DNA from: Dipteris shenzhenensis | Lineage: Eukaryota | Length of the DNA stretch: 64,000 bases | Strand: one strand, 5' to 3' | Assembly (NCBI GenBank): GCA_047967505.1 | Contig: CM106538.1 | Shown here: positions 12,811 through 25,579 of the stretch, in pieces | Layout of the letters: the number at the start of each line of letters is the position of its first letter | How positions within the stretch are numbered: the first letter of the stretch is position 1 | The notes under the pieces: generated by a model | Seen by the model: only the letters and a program-made list of their open reading frames with translations | Database searches by the model: none | Told to the model about the DNA's origin: nothing | Made by a program: the position numbers and the translations under genes

Positions 12811-14670
12811 AGAAAGCACTCGCTTCCAATCGTGTAATAGAGAATAGGAGTAAGGATAGCTAGTGATAATGCCATGAAATTTGCCAATGACTAGTTCCCA
12901 ATGATTAGTAATCCAATCCCCATATGCCTTTGTCCTAATGTTCATACACATGGCTGCCAACATGATAGACCATGGCTGATTTTGTTGAAATTAAAAGGTA
13001 GGAAGCATGGTAATATTTCTTGCTAATATATGATAATGTCGAGAATGTTAAGAGCCCCATGCATCTTTGGAGAACATATAAAGTGCATTTTTAACAGCCT
13101 CAAGTCCAATGTAAAAGGGGCAAATAAAACTGAACATGAGCCATAATAATGGATTGAACAATTATGAGACGAACATGTAGTGGCAATGTGGATAATTTCC
13201 AATAATCCAACTTCTGATAAAGCTTCTGAGACACCCATGCCATTTTCTATTTGATGGTAATATTCTAGCCGACATGATACCCTAGATGTCTGACAATTCG
13301 ATCAAGAGGCAAAATTTGACCAAGCCAAATAAGTGGGTGACAAGCCCAAGCTTTCAATGGCAATCTTAGATTTGTCAAAATTGATATTCAGACCAACTAT
13401 CAATCTAAAGTCAGAAAGAGTGCGATTGAGAAGCCTGATTTCAATAGGACTATTTTGAGGCATGAAAAGAGAATCATCAGCATACGCGTGTGCCAAAAAA
13501 GATTGTGCTCCAGGCAACTGAAGACCATGAAACTATAAGTTAGTCAAATAATCCATATATAACAGCAACAGATGGGTAGCAATTGCATACAACAGAGCAC
13601 TAAAGGGGCGACCTTGCCACACATATTTAAACAGAGTCCATGTCCTGGACAAGTGCTTTCCAAGTATGCATTGAGAAGAGGAAGGTGAGTGAACAGTATT
13701 GAAATCTTTAGCAACATCAACTTGCATAATCAAAACATCTTGTGAATTATATTTAGCATATTCAATGGCAACAAGTGTATTGGAAATGTTGTCATTTATC
13801 TATCTCCTAGGAACAAAACCATGATGCAATATCCCTTTAACTCTCTGCACAATCATCTTAGCAAGGAGCTCATAAATGATAGGCTTGAGAGTAATTTGCC
13901 TTCAGTCAGCAAAAGTTTCACACAACCGGTTTTTAGGAACCAATTTCACTATGCCATGCTTCTAGGAACGAGGTAGCTGCCTTTCTTGCTAGGCCAAATT
14001 AATCATTTTAAGAACGATATCTTTCAGATCAGCACAAAAAGCCACAAAAAATTCCACTGTTAATCCATCCCATCTTGGGGATTTACCTTTAGCCAAATGT
14101 GCCATAGCATCATCAAGTTCAGTGTCTTAGAAATGCTTTTCAAGATTTGTAGCAACCTTTGAATCAATATTTGACTTGACATGATCCAAAAATCTACGTT
14201 GATCTTGGAACTGCTGATCAGAGGAAGGCAAAGGCTGCAAGAAAATGTTTTTGAAATGCTGTACACATTCAATCTCTAGTTGGGATTGAGATTGTGTCCA
14301 GCAACCATCCTGTTTTTGAATCCTTTCAATTGATTGTCTTTGTCTTCCTACATGCAAGCTCTTAAAAAAGCATTTTGAAGAATAGCCTTTGTCCAACGAG
14401 GGCTTAACCTTGGCTCTAACTTGCCATTTACGAAGCTTTCTTTGATCATTTTGAGTCAATATATTCTGGGTAGATGAAATAATATCCATCTCATGAGTAA
14501 GTTGTCTTTCATGGCTAATTTGAGTGAGGCTTTGAGACTTTGCAGGATATGACATTTTTTATGTAGCCACTTTGAGTTTTTCAGGAGTATGCATCTTAGT
14601 CAAGCATGACTTGCATCCTTTGCTAGCTTTTAATGATTAGCATAGTAGATGGATGGTGTTACAATGCATG
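12810..14670 (-). mobile_element. Non-LTR retrotransposon (L1/Tx1-like) ORF2 reverse transcriptase fragment, degenerate
   Basis: SSKCFFKSL, GKSPRWDG (KSPGxDG-like), DVAKDF (DxxKAFD-like), QGRPFSALLY, AYADDS, GLNINFDKSK. Boundaries approximate. Confidence 0.85.
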
Positions 14671-17600
14671 GTTGCACTTGCTCGGCTATCTTGTGTGAAG
14701 TTAGCCATGACTCCACAATCATACGTGACTCTCTTTGAATCGATGCGTTCCACGCAAAAATGTCGTCCATATGACCATAATGCACTGTACTTTTTGTACT
14801 GTAAAAGAGCATCGTTAAATCAATGAAGATGCACCTATTTTATAGCATATATTGCCACAAATAATTACTTAATTACGTCAAGAGATAAGAAACTTACATG
14901 CACCATACATCCAGATGATAACTCCCGCTCGCGCTCGTTTATTGTCTCTCCATCACGTTCGGCTTTACGTACAGCTAGTTGTAGCCAATCAAGTGACATG
15001 TGAGTAGGGAGAAGAGCCAGATCTCATGGATATGGTTGTGATCGCCTGTACATTACTATGAATCTCGTCCTTGCATTTATTCTTTCTGCTTTAGCCACTT
15101 CATATCCCTCAATCCACTTCTGCATCTCAGGGCTATTGAGGATACAAAACTTATTGAATTTTTCCATTTGCTCTTCGCTCATCTTTCTTTCAATCCCTTT
15201 TCCTTGGGGGACCTCGCCAATGATGCGATCATCATCCCGTTGTGCCAAGCTTGCGGCATATCAGGATCCGTGGATGCAAGAAACTCTGTGATATATACTA
15301 ATGACTCTTGCACAAGCCATCCCTCTGCCATGCTTGCTTTTGGTCTTGCTCTTTGTCTTACAAACCCCTTTAAAGTTTTCATAAACTGCTCGAGAAAAAA
15401 CATCCATCGATTATGAACGGTACCTACTATAGCCACCTCATCAACTATGTGCACAAGCAAGTGGACTTGAGTTGTCATAATGCTTGAGGGAAAGTGCTTC
15501 TCAAGCAAGCATACGGCTTCGATGGATTCCACCCTAGCCTTCTCGATGCTCGATATAGAGATCTCTTTTTGAGATATCCACCTATTTCACATGTCCATGC
15601 ATATGTAAGATATTTGAGATATCCACCTATTTCACATGTCCATGAAGAAAATACATAATGCGAATTGATAGTAAGCATACCTCACAATACCACAGATCTT
15701 GAATATAGCATTTCTAACATCTTCTTGTAAGCACCCTTTTATTGTAATTGGAAGGATGAACTATCAAAGCAACAATGAAATCATGTCAACAATATAACAT
15801 AATAATAATTACGCTAATGCATCACTATTATCGGTACACTAATTCTACTTAGAATACCTGTAAGACCTTGTGCCAATCATGGGACTTGAGGCCACTAAGC
15901 TTATTGTCCTTTGAAAATGCTCCTTTCAAGCAACGCATGTACCCTGTCGGTGTTTGAAAAGAGGCAATGTCTGCCTTGATCGCTGCCTCCTCCCTCGTAG
16001 AGAGGATCCACGTTGCTTTCGGGAGGACAACTTTTCCTGAAGCATGCACTTGGGGCCACAAACGAGACATCCTATTCATAGCACGCAAGTCTTCTCGCAC
16101 TCCTCTCAGTCCTTGGAACCAACCAAGTGTGCCCAAATGGTAGCCCCCACATTCTTAAAGATATGCATGGGATCCAAGAGATGATTGATTTGTAACTGAC
16201 CCCAATAAGGAAGCTCGTGAAAGATCGATAGCCTCTTCATACCAGGAGGAGGTTCCTCTCCATTCTCCCTCCAAGCTTGAATCCAATCACTTGCTTTCAA
16301 ATATGATGGTGGTGGATCAAGCTGACCTCCACGTGCGAGATGGTCGAGTGGAAGGTATCGAGCATGACCTTCATAAACATTTTTCCTCATATGTTTGGAG
16401 TAGCGTGCAAGCGATTTCAAAGCGGGTCCACAAACAGGACAAGCATGGTACCCACTTGTAACAAGTCCTGCACGCGTGCATGAATATGTTAGTACAAGAC
16501 ATGCGTGCAAAAGAGAGTAAAAAAAGCATAATCCCTCATTGTACATGTAAAGACATAACCACGTACCTGCGCACTCTCCATATCCTGGGTAGTCATGCAT
16601 GGTCCACATCAAGATACCCCTGACCAAAATATCATTGGTATGCCTAGGAGCTCTGGAAATATCAGAGACCTGCACTCCTCTCCATAATATCTGTAACTCC
16701 TCTATCAAAGGTGCCATGTACACGTCCATGTTTTTTGCCTTGTACTTTCCTGGCACAAGTAGTGCAAGCATGAGGTGTCCCTTTTTTATTGTTAGCCATG
16801 GTGGGATATTGTAATTCACCACGACTATGGGCCATGTCGACCAAGATGTCGAGCGTAACCCGAAAGGATTCACGCCGTCCATGGCTAGCCCAAGATGTAA
16901 GTTGTGTGGCTCCCTCGCAAAGTCCGGCCACTGATTATCTATGTGCTTCCAAGCTGCACAATCTGCGGGAATCCTCAATGTGTGATCAGTGGACCGATGA
17001 GATGCATGCCATGTCATCAACTCCGCTATGGATTTGCATCGAAACATGTGTTGTATTCTTGCAATGATGGGAAAGTGTCTTAAGACCTTTACCGGTATCC
17101 GCTCACCCTGCAAGTCATCTCTATATCGTTGTTCCCCACACTTTGGACAACTAGCCAAATCTCCATGCTCACGACGAAAGAGAATACAATCATTACGACA
17201 AGCATGGATGGTATCATAATCCATAGCCACCGTTGTTAGCATCTTTTTCGCTTCATCTCTTGATGCGGGCATGGTATTTGGTGCAGGCAACATCTTCTGG
17301 AGCAACCTATGACAAAGACACTATCCAAATGATGATTCTCAAAACAAACAATATCCAAATAATGAGTCAAATTAATGCAAGGGCTAACCTCATTAAGACC
17401 GAGACACTTGTATCCGACCACCCATACTGTACTTGTAGATTCAAGATTGAGAGACAAGCACGTAGTTTAGACATCCTAGCACCCTCGTACAATTGTGTTG
17501 ATTGCAACTCTCGCATTTTCACCTCAGACTCTGACATCACGTGTACGTGGGATGTAGTGTCCCTAAAAATGGAATCCATCATGTCAACCATACCCTCGTC

Positions 17601-17961
17601 ATCATCCGGGAGACTATAGTCTTGTTGAAAGTGAGAAGGTATATGTGTACCCTCGTCACCCTCCTCATCCTGTCATAAGCTCATTCGTGTAAATAGAAGA
17701 TCTTCTATTTCCGGGTATACAATAAGATTGCGAACTTAAATAGCTTTGACTTACCGATGATCCATCAACATGTGCAACACCAACAGGGGGTACTGGTTCC
17801 GGCTCCTCCCCATACATCCGCAAGTGGCGCATGATAATACGACGTTGATGTCGTACTTCTCGCTTGCAATGAGTGCAATGACAATATAACCTCTCCGTAA
17901 GCCACTTCGTGCTCCCGGGCGTTGGCGCATCATCGGATGAGCTTCCACTCGTCCCTTCCAT
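14670..17961 (-). pseudogene. CACTA TnpD-like transposase (Transposase_21, DUF4218, start of DUF4216), multi-exon, 3'-truncated
   Basis: HCTHCK; IHACRNDCILFR...CPKCGEQRY; LGLAMDGVNPFG; WTMHDYPGYG; LDPMHIFKNVG; GLKSHDWHKVLQ; HLLVHIV...RWMFFLEQFMKTLKGFV. GT-AG introns; frameshifts present. Confidence 0.93.
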
Positions 17962-19099
17962 CTACACTTATAAAACCACAACATAAGCATGAAGAGGAGA
18001 TATTGACAATTATGAGCATAGCATGTTTAATTTGAGCTTCTCTTGAGGCCATATAAAAAGAATGACGTCGCTATATAGTAAGGATTGAAACAAAAAATCC
18101 TATATGGTAAGGCTATATAGTAAGAGGAGATATTGACAATTATAAGCATAGCATGTTTGAGCTTCACAAGAGGCTACACAAAAAAATAAACAGTAAGCGT
18201 CGTTATATAGCGACGCTGTTTCGTCGCTATATAGCGACGCTATGGGTTAAAACCCGAAACGACGAAACGCGCGGCGTTTTGCATAAGCCATTCCTAATCT
18301 CTCAAGTAAGCAACCCAAAATCTCCTCCCACCTATTTTCGACGACCTCCCATCTATTCCAGGCAAACTCCCACTCTATTTCCCACTCCTCACCCTTCTCC
18401 TACCTCTTGTACTCCCTCTCTCTCCTTTTTCCCTCTTTGGTTTCCAGAAAGAAAGTTTTTCAAGAGGTGAGTTTGTTTCAACAATGTAGGTTGTTTGTTT
18501 GTTAGCTTTGGTTTTGTGAGTGTTTCTACTTGTATTGCTAAAGTTGTAAACTAGTTTTCATGCTTGATTTGAAAGGATTGAAACAAAAAACGAAATTTCA
18601 AGAAAGAAAGAAAGAAAGAAAACTCACCTCTTCTTCCTGTATTTCTTTCCTTCTCTTTCTCCTTGTCTCCTCAATCTTCTCTTTCCTTGTCTCCTTTCAA
18701 GAAGTTGCTTTTGTGATCTCCTCTTTCCACTAACATCTTATTTGAAAAAATGGGTTGTTTTCTCTCTTTTGTAGGGCCAGTCCACTACACCGAGTGGGAC
18801 ATACTCTCTCTTTTGTGGGGCCAGTCCACTACACCGAGCGGGACATACTTTTACAGGTAAGTGCTTCCTCTTCTTTCCATTTAATATTTTTGTTATTTGC
18901 ATTGGCCTGCAGCTAGCGCCTTAAGCGCTAGCTGCAGTAATGGGCGTAGGAACCCTCTCTTCCCCTCTCTCTCTTTCCGTCTTCCCCCTTCTCTTTTTCT
19001 CATTTTTCCCCCTTCTCTTTTTTCCCTCTTCTCTTATTCTCTCTTTCCCCCTTCTCTCTTTCCCCCTCTCTCTTTTCCCTTCTCTCTTTCCTTTCCCTC

Positions 19100-21850
19100 T
19101 TATTCTCTTATGCTTATGCTTCTCTCATTCCCCCTTCTCTATTTCCCCCTTCTCTCATTCGCATAAGCTCTTTTTCCGCATGAGCATAAGCTCCTTCTCT
19201 ATTTCCGCATGAGCATAAGCATGAGCTTATGCTTATGCTTAAGCATAAGCATGAGCATAAACTCATGCTTATGCTCATGCATGAGCATGAGCTTATGCGT
19301 AAGTTTCCGCATAAGCTTATGCGGAAATAGAGAATGAGAGAAGCATATGCTTCTCTCATTCTCTATTTCCGCATGAGCATAAGCTCCTTCTCTTTTTCCG
19401 CATGAGCATAAGCATGAGCTTATGCTTATGCTTATGCTTGCTTAAGCATAAGCATGAGCATAAACTCATGCTTATGCTCATGCATGAGCATGAGCTTATG
19501 CTTAAGTTTCCGCATAAGCTCTTTCTCTTTTTCCGCATGAGCATAAGCATGAGCTTATGCTTATGCTTATGCTTAAGCATAAGCATGAGCATAAACTCAT
19601 GCTTATGCTCATGCATGAGCATGAGCTTATGCGTAAGTTTCCGCATAAGCTTATGCGGAAATAGAGAATGAGAGAAGCATATGCTTCTCTCATTCTCTTT
19701 TTCCGCATGAGCATAAGCTCCTTCTCTTTTTCCGCATGAGCATAAGCATGAGCTTATGCTTAAGCATAAGCATGAGCATAAACTCATGCTTATGCTCATG
19801 CATGAGCATGAGCTTATGCGTAAGTTTCCGCATAAGCTTATGCGAAAATAGAGAATGAGAGAAGCTTATGCTTCTCTCATTCTCTTTTTCCGCATGAGCA
19901 TAAGCTCCTTCTCTTTTTCCGCATGAGCATGAGCTTAATATGCTTGTTTCCGCATGAGCTTATGCGGAAATAGAGAAAGGGAGAAGCTTATGCTTCTCTT
20001 ATTCTCTTTTTCCGCATAAGCTCTTTCTCTTTTTCCGCATGAGCATAAGCATGAGCTTATGCTTAAGTTTCCGCATGAGCTTATGCAGAAATAGAGAATG
20101 AGAGAAGCTTATGCTTCTCTCATTCTCTTTTTCCGCATAAGATCTTTCTCTTTTTCCGCATGAGCATAAGCTCCTTCTCTTTTTCCGCATGAGCATAAGC
20201 ATGAGCTTATGCTTATGCTTATGCTTAAGCATAAGCATAAGCATAAGCTCATGCTTATGCTCATGCATGAGCATGAGCTTATGCTTAAGTTTCCGCATGA
20301 GCTTATGCGGAAATAGAGAATGAGAGAAGCTTATGCTTCTCTCAGTCTCTTTTTCCGCATAAGCTCTTTCTCTTTTTCCGCATGAGCATAAGCTCCTTCT
20401 CTTTTTCCGCATGAGCATAAGCATGAGCTTATGCGGAAATAGAGAATGAGAGAAGCTTATGCTTCTCTCATTCTCTTTTTCCGCATAAGCTCTTTCTCTT
20501 TTTCCGCATGAGCATAAGCTCCTTCTCTTTTTCCGCATGAGCATAAGCTCCTTCTCTTTTTCCACATGAGCATAAGCATGAGCTATGCTTATGCTTATGC
20601 TTAAGCATAAGCATGAGCATAAACTCATGCTTATGCTCATGCATGAGCATGAGCTTATGCGTAAGTTTCCGCATGAGCTTATGCGGAAATAGAGAATGAG
20701 AGAAGCTTATGCTTCTCTCATTCTCTTTTTCCGCATAAGCTCTTTCTCTTTTTCCGCATGAGCATAATCTCCTTCTCTTTTTCCGCATGAGCATAAGCTC
20801 CTTCTCTTTTTCCGCATGAGCATAAGCATGTGTTTATGCTTATGCTTATGCTTAAGCATAAGCATGAGCATAAACTCATGCTTATGCTCATGCATGAGCA
20901 TGAGCTTATGCGTAAGTTTCCGCTTGAGCTTATGCGGAAATAGAGAATGAGAGAAGCTTATGCTTCTCTCATTCTCTTTTTCCGCATAAGCTCTTTCTCT
21001 TTTTCCGCATGAGTATAAGCTCCTTCTCTTTTTCCGCATGAGCATAAGCATGAGCTTATGCTTATGGTTATGCTTAAGCATAAGCATAAGCATAAGCTCA
21101 TGCTTATGCTCATGCATGAGCATAAGCATAAGCATAAGCTCTTTCTCTTTCTCTTTTGTGTGAGCATATGCGGAAACATGAGCATAAGCTCATGCTCACC
21201 CATGAGCATAAGCATAAGCTCATGCGGAAAAAGAGAAGGAGCTTATGCGGAAATAGAGAATGAGTTTCCGCATAAGCTTCTCTCCTTCTCTTTTTCTGCA
21301 TAAGCTCCTTCTCTTTTTCTGCTTATGCTCATGCATGAGCATGAGCTTATGCATAAGTTTCCGCATGAGCTTATGCGGAAATAGAGAATGAGAGAAGCTT
21401 ATGCTTCTCTCATTCTCTTTTTTCGCATAAGCTCCTTCTCTTTTTTCGCATAAGCTCCTTCTCTTTTTCCGCATGGGCATAAGCTCATGCGGAAAAAGAG
21501 AAGGAGCTTGTGCGGAAATAGAGAATGAGTTTTCGCATAAGCTTCTCTCCTTCTCTTTTTCCGCATAAGCTTATGCGGAAAAAGAGAAGGAGAGAAGCTT
21601 ATGCGAAAACTCATTCTCTATTTCCGCACAAGCTCCTTCTCTTTTTCCGCATGAGCATAAGCATGCGGAAACTCATTCTCTATTTTAAGCATAATCTCCT
21701 TCTCTATTTCCGATGCCTATGCTTAAGCATAAGCTCATGCTTATGCTCATGCATGTGCATGAGCTTATGCTTAAGTTTCCGCATAAGCTCATGCTTATGC
21801 GGAAATAGAGAATGAGAGAAGCATAAGCTCATTCTCTATTTCTGCATAAG
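19100..21850. repeat. Complex satellite of GCATAA/GCATGA/GCTTAT hexamers and TTCTCTTTTTCCGCAT units, with local inversions
   Basis: Direct reading. It lies between a CAG/GTAAGT donor (18857) and the AG at 22168-22169 preceding the accessory ATG. Confidence 0.92.
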
Positions 21851-22171
21851 CTCATTCTCCTTTTCCCACTCTATTTCCGCTCATTCTCCTTTTCCCACTC
21901 TATTTCCCCCTTCTCTCATTTCCCCCTTCTCTCCTTCTCTATTTTCCCTCATCTCTTTCCCCTTCTCTATTTCCCCCTTCTCTCATTCTCTATTTCCTCA
22001 TTCTCATTCTTTTCTTTCCTTTACATCTTCTTTCCCTCTTCTTTTCCTCTTTCCTTTCCCTCTTCTTTCATTTCCCTCTTCTTTCTTCTTGCCTATGCCT
22101 ATGCCTATGCCTATGAGAATGCTCATGTTTGTTTTTTGTTTTCTGTTTTCGTGTTTGTGTCTATGTTAGAC

Positions 22172-23750
22172 ATGGGATCACGTCGCTCATCCGACGAGTA
22201 CGGACAGCCTCGCAGGAGGAGAGCTCACGATCTATATGCTCCAGAGGACTTTGATTCCTCTCAGGCGACTACCCCGAGGAGTACCCCTGGTCCGACTCCT
22301 CTCGGTCCTAGCACTGTGACTACCCCTGGTCCGACCCCTCTTCCACGTAGCACTGCGACTACCCCTCAGGGGACTCCTTTGCTAGCCGCGCATGGCTTTG
22401 TCGGGACTCCCGACGAGTTTGTAGCGCAGATGAGCGATGAGGAGGCAGCGAGATTCTTCTCTCTACTCTCTCAGAGGACCTCCGTAATTCCTTCCCCTAC
22501 ACCGACGGGTGGACGTATTGCCCAGCCATCCCCTCGCGCCCCTTCGACCGCGGGATCATCACCTGCGCATGCCTCCCGCAAGGGAAGGAAGAGTAGGATG
22601 GGCGGCTCATGTTGTGCTGACTCAGGAGATGTAGACGAGTCAGCACACTCACGCTCCTTTAGGTCTCCACTTGGTCCGGAGACACAGTATCAGTCAGGTC
22701 CCTTTCCCTCTCCTACTCCCACAGCTACTCCTCGATCCGGAAGCGGTCGCGCAGCTTCCACTCCTTCAGACTCTGCTACCGTCAGTCCCCCTTACTCATA
22801 AGGGGATCTCTCCTATCAAATCACATCTGCCGGAGAGATAATAGAAGACAAAAAGGGCAAAGCAGTGATGGCCGCCATGAGGAGGTTGATGAGTTATCAC
22901 TTCAAGAGCGGCATAAATATCGATTGGCGGTATCAAGATGCCCAAAAGAAACAGGCGGTGATCGATGAGTTAAAACAAAGATATCCTAATCCGCCAAATG
23001 TGGAGTTTAATAACAATTATATGCTCGAGCGCATGGGTTTGGTCCTAAAGCATCGCAGATCAACCTTGCGTACTTCCATTACAAAGGGGTTAGCTAAACC
23101 CAGCTGGGCAGACAAAGCTGATTGGAAGTACTTCAAGAAGCAACATAGGGACCATCCCGAAATGTTCGAGGGTCAGAGGAGGGCTGCGAAGAGATGGCTG
23201 GACGTCGTAGGTACTTCGCACGTTGGTGCAGGTGGACGGTATGCGTTCGAGGCAACCGTGGTAAGTCTACTTCTTCCCATTTAATGTATTGTTCTATTTG
23301 TTTTACTTACATATTACATGCACTTTAGCTAGCTCTAACTCTCGTAAATTGGATCCACAGCAAGCTGCGATGGGTCGTCTTCCTACGGATGCAGAGACGC
23401 GGTGTGCATTTCGGATAGGAACAAAGCCGTGGTTCATTGAGCAAGAGGCAATGGGAGCGACAGTCGATTGGGCTGAGGTGGCTGCTCGCACGGTATAAGT
23501 TTACTCCTACTTGTAATCTCACTTTTTAATTTAAGTTCCAATCTAATTTTCGATTTATATGGTTCACTCTTAGGGTCAAAGCTCAAGCGTCCCATCATCA
23601 GAGACGAGTGATCAACAGGGGCAAGGATCGGACGCAGATGCCGAGGACGAGGGAGAAGACGCAGGTGTCAGGGACGAGGGAGAAGACGCAGGTGTCGAGG
23701 ACCAAGGAACAGGCCAACAAGACGATTCAGATTCGGATTCGGATGAGTAG
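22172..23750 (+). pseudogene. CACTA family A accessory gene (TnpA/Ptta-like); exons 22172-23260, 23361-23492, 23574-23750; one in-frame stop
   Basis: Pro/Ser/Thr-rich N-terminus, RYPNPPN, SHVGAGG, acidic tail. Both GT-AG introns are phase 0. Only a TAA at 22799-22801 interrupts the frame. Confidence 0.78.
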
Positions 23751-23950
23751 TGGTAGTAGCTCATTGTATATCCGCTCGTTTGAGCAATTTTGTATCGCCC
23801 TTTCACAGGGTAATTTTATTACAAACACAGTTGTTTATGTATATGCATTTCTTCCTCATCGTTCACAAGAATAATTTTGTATCACCCTGCAAGCAAGGGA
23901 AATTTTGTTATAAAAAACTTTCTTTTGTAATTACAAAAAAAAAAAAAGGA

Positions 23951-23999
23951 TTAGTGGGGCTAAACAGGGCCAAAAGGAAGCCCTGTTTAGCCCCACTAA
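23951..23999. other. Perfect 20 bp-stem hairpin flanked by A- and T-tracts
   Basis: TTAGTGGGGCTAAACAGGGC, 9 nt loop, GCCCTGTTTAGCCCCACTAA. Confidence 0.9.
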
Positions 24000-24021
24000 C
24001 CCTTTTTTTTTACTTCTATTA

Positions 24022-24160
24022 ATCGTCGCTATATAGCGACGTTTACCGTGTCGCTATATAGCGACGATTAACAGTGTCGCTATATAGCGACGTTTTCATC
24101 GTCGCTATATAGCGACGATTAACAGCGTCGCTATATAGCGACGGTTTATAGCGACGCTCC
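24022..24160. repeat. CACTA subterminal array of the palindrome GTCGCTATATAGCGAC
   Basis: Five full copies and a partial one; the same motif occurs internally at about 18066 and 18198-18240. Confidence 0.92.
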
Positions 24161-24399
24161 TTTTCCGACGATTTTAACGACTTTTATAGCAACCTTTGCG
24201 CCCGTGAAAAAAAAAAATTTTAATGTAAAAAGCGTCGGTATTTCCGTCGGAAAATGGCCTATGCCTTGTAGTGATAAGCAAATTTTTTCTATAAGTGATA
24301 TGTTCATTTATGAACATTTCCATGTTTACATTTCAAGACATTACTACCATGAAACTTAGAACAAACAACAATATTTAGCTTCATTCATAGTTCCACATC

Positions 24400-25010
24400 C
24401 AAAAATTGATGTGGCTATTTGGCACATGTAACTTAGAACATATATAAGCTTGCTAGTCCTCAAGAGAGAGAAATAATCCAATTGTCTTGCCCCCTCCTGA
24501 ACATGATTGGATGATTATGAGCGTGGTATTCTACCTAGCATGGGATGGCATGCAACCTTTTCCCACATCCCTCTCTCTCCCAAGTAAGCATCTATTAGCA
24601 ACATGATCATTTGCAACATTATGATATGTGGACAAATGTCGATATGTCACACACACTAGTGAAATAGATATAAGCATTACTTGTAGAAGCACATACAAGC
24701 ACTCTTTTGTTCTATACTCTAAGCTAGCATACTTTGTAAACCTTGAGATATATTTTCCACATAAGTGTGGCTTCATGGGGTACAAATTGTAATATATTAA
24801 CAAGCTCATATCTAGATTTTCTCACGTGATAACACGTGAAAAAGAAGGATCATAAACCTATGTATACTACGATCTATCCACACAAGTGCATCATAATTTT
24901 GTGAGTTGCTACAAGCCAGCAATCGCGAGCTCCACAACCAGCTAGACTTTGATCGAGATGAAAACGGCTGACATAGCAAGCCCACAACCATTTCAAGTCA
25001 AGTATTCTCT
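24400..25010 (-). mobile_element. Diverged third copy of the region upstream of the hAT transposase
   Basis: Aligns with about 7065-7750 and 34055-34720 (260 bp repeat and the CATAATTTTG(T/C)GAGTTGCTA block). Confidence 0.7.
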
Positions 25011-25114
25011 CTGCACTCTAGGATTTTTTTAGTATGTTTTTTAAAAGAAAAGAAAGTGTTTTTTGAATTAAAAATGCATGTGGACGTTCAAAATGCAAAA
25101 AAACACATTTTTTA

Positions 25115-25420
25115 TAATCGGTCAACATGCACTGGTTGACCTGCTACATACCGATCGGTGAATCCCAACACCAATTGGTATTTTTTCAAAAATACCGAAC
25201 GGTGTTGGGATTCACCGATCGGTGAAAAAATACCGGTTGGTGAATCACTACACCAGTCGGTATATAATAAACTGATCGGTGAAACAAAACACCGGTCAGT
25301 ATATTCAAGAAAATACCGGTCGGTGTAGTGAAATACCGATCGTCGATGTGCATCGACCGAACACATGGCATGCATGCATTGGCCATGAAAATCGACTAGT
25401 TTGGACATACCAGCCAGTAT
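25115..25420. repeat. Array of ACCGATCGGT/ACCGGTCGGT motifs
   Basis: About 12 degenerate copies at roughly 20 bp spacing. Confidence 0.8.
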
Positions 25421-25579
25421 GTTGAGTCGAGTTCTTTAAAAGGGCACCTTCACGTCATTTTTTCCCACCTCTCACCAAAATTCACCATAGCTTTTCGTTG
25501 TTTTGTGCATCCTTGCCTTTCCGCTTCTCCTTTAGGCTTTTGGTGAGCTTCTAGCCTTACTATTATTCTCAGTTAGGGT

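Larger units (their letters stand above)
14670..24273. mobile_element. CACTA (En/Spm) transposon family A; right end intact, left end truncated
   Basis: Right terminus ...CCTTGTAGTG at 24273 (reverse complement CACTACAAGG), subterminal palindromes, transposase and accessory gene inside. Confidence 0.92.

Noticed and set aside
18897-21815. Many ORFs rich in MLML, HKHK or SLCS
   Set aside because: Translations of the satellite and CT-rich sequence; no coding signal.
23951-24012. Hairpin plus T-tract as a rho-independent terminator
   Set aside because: Eukaryotic transposon context; kept only as a structural feature.
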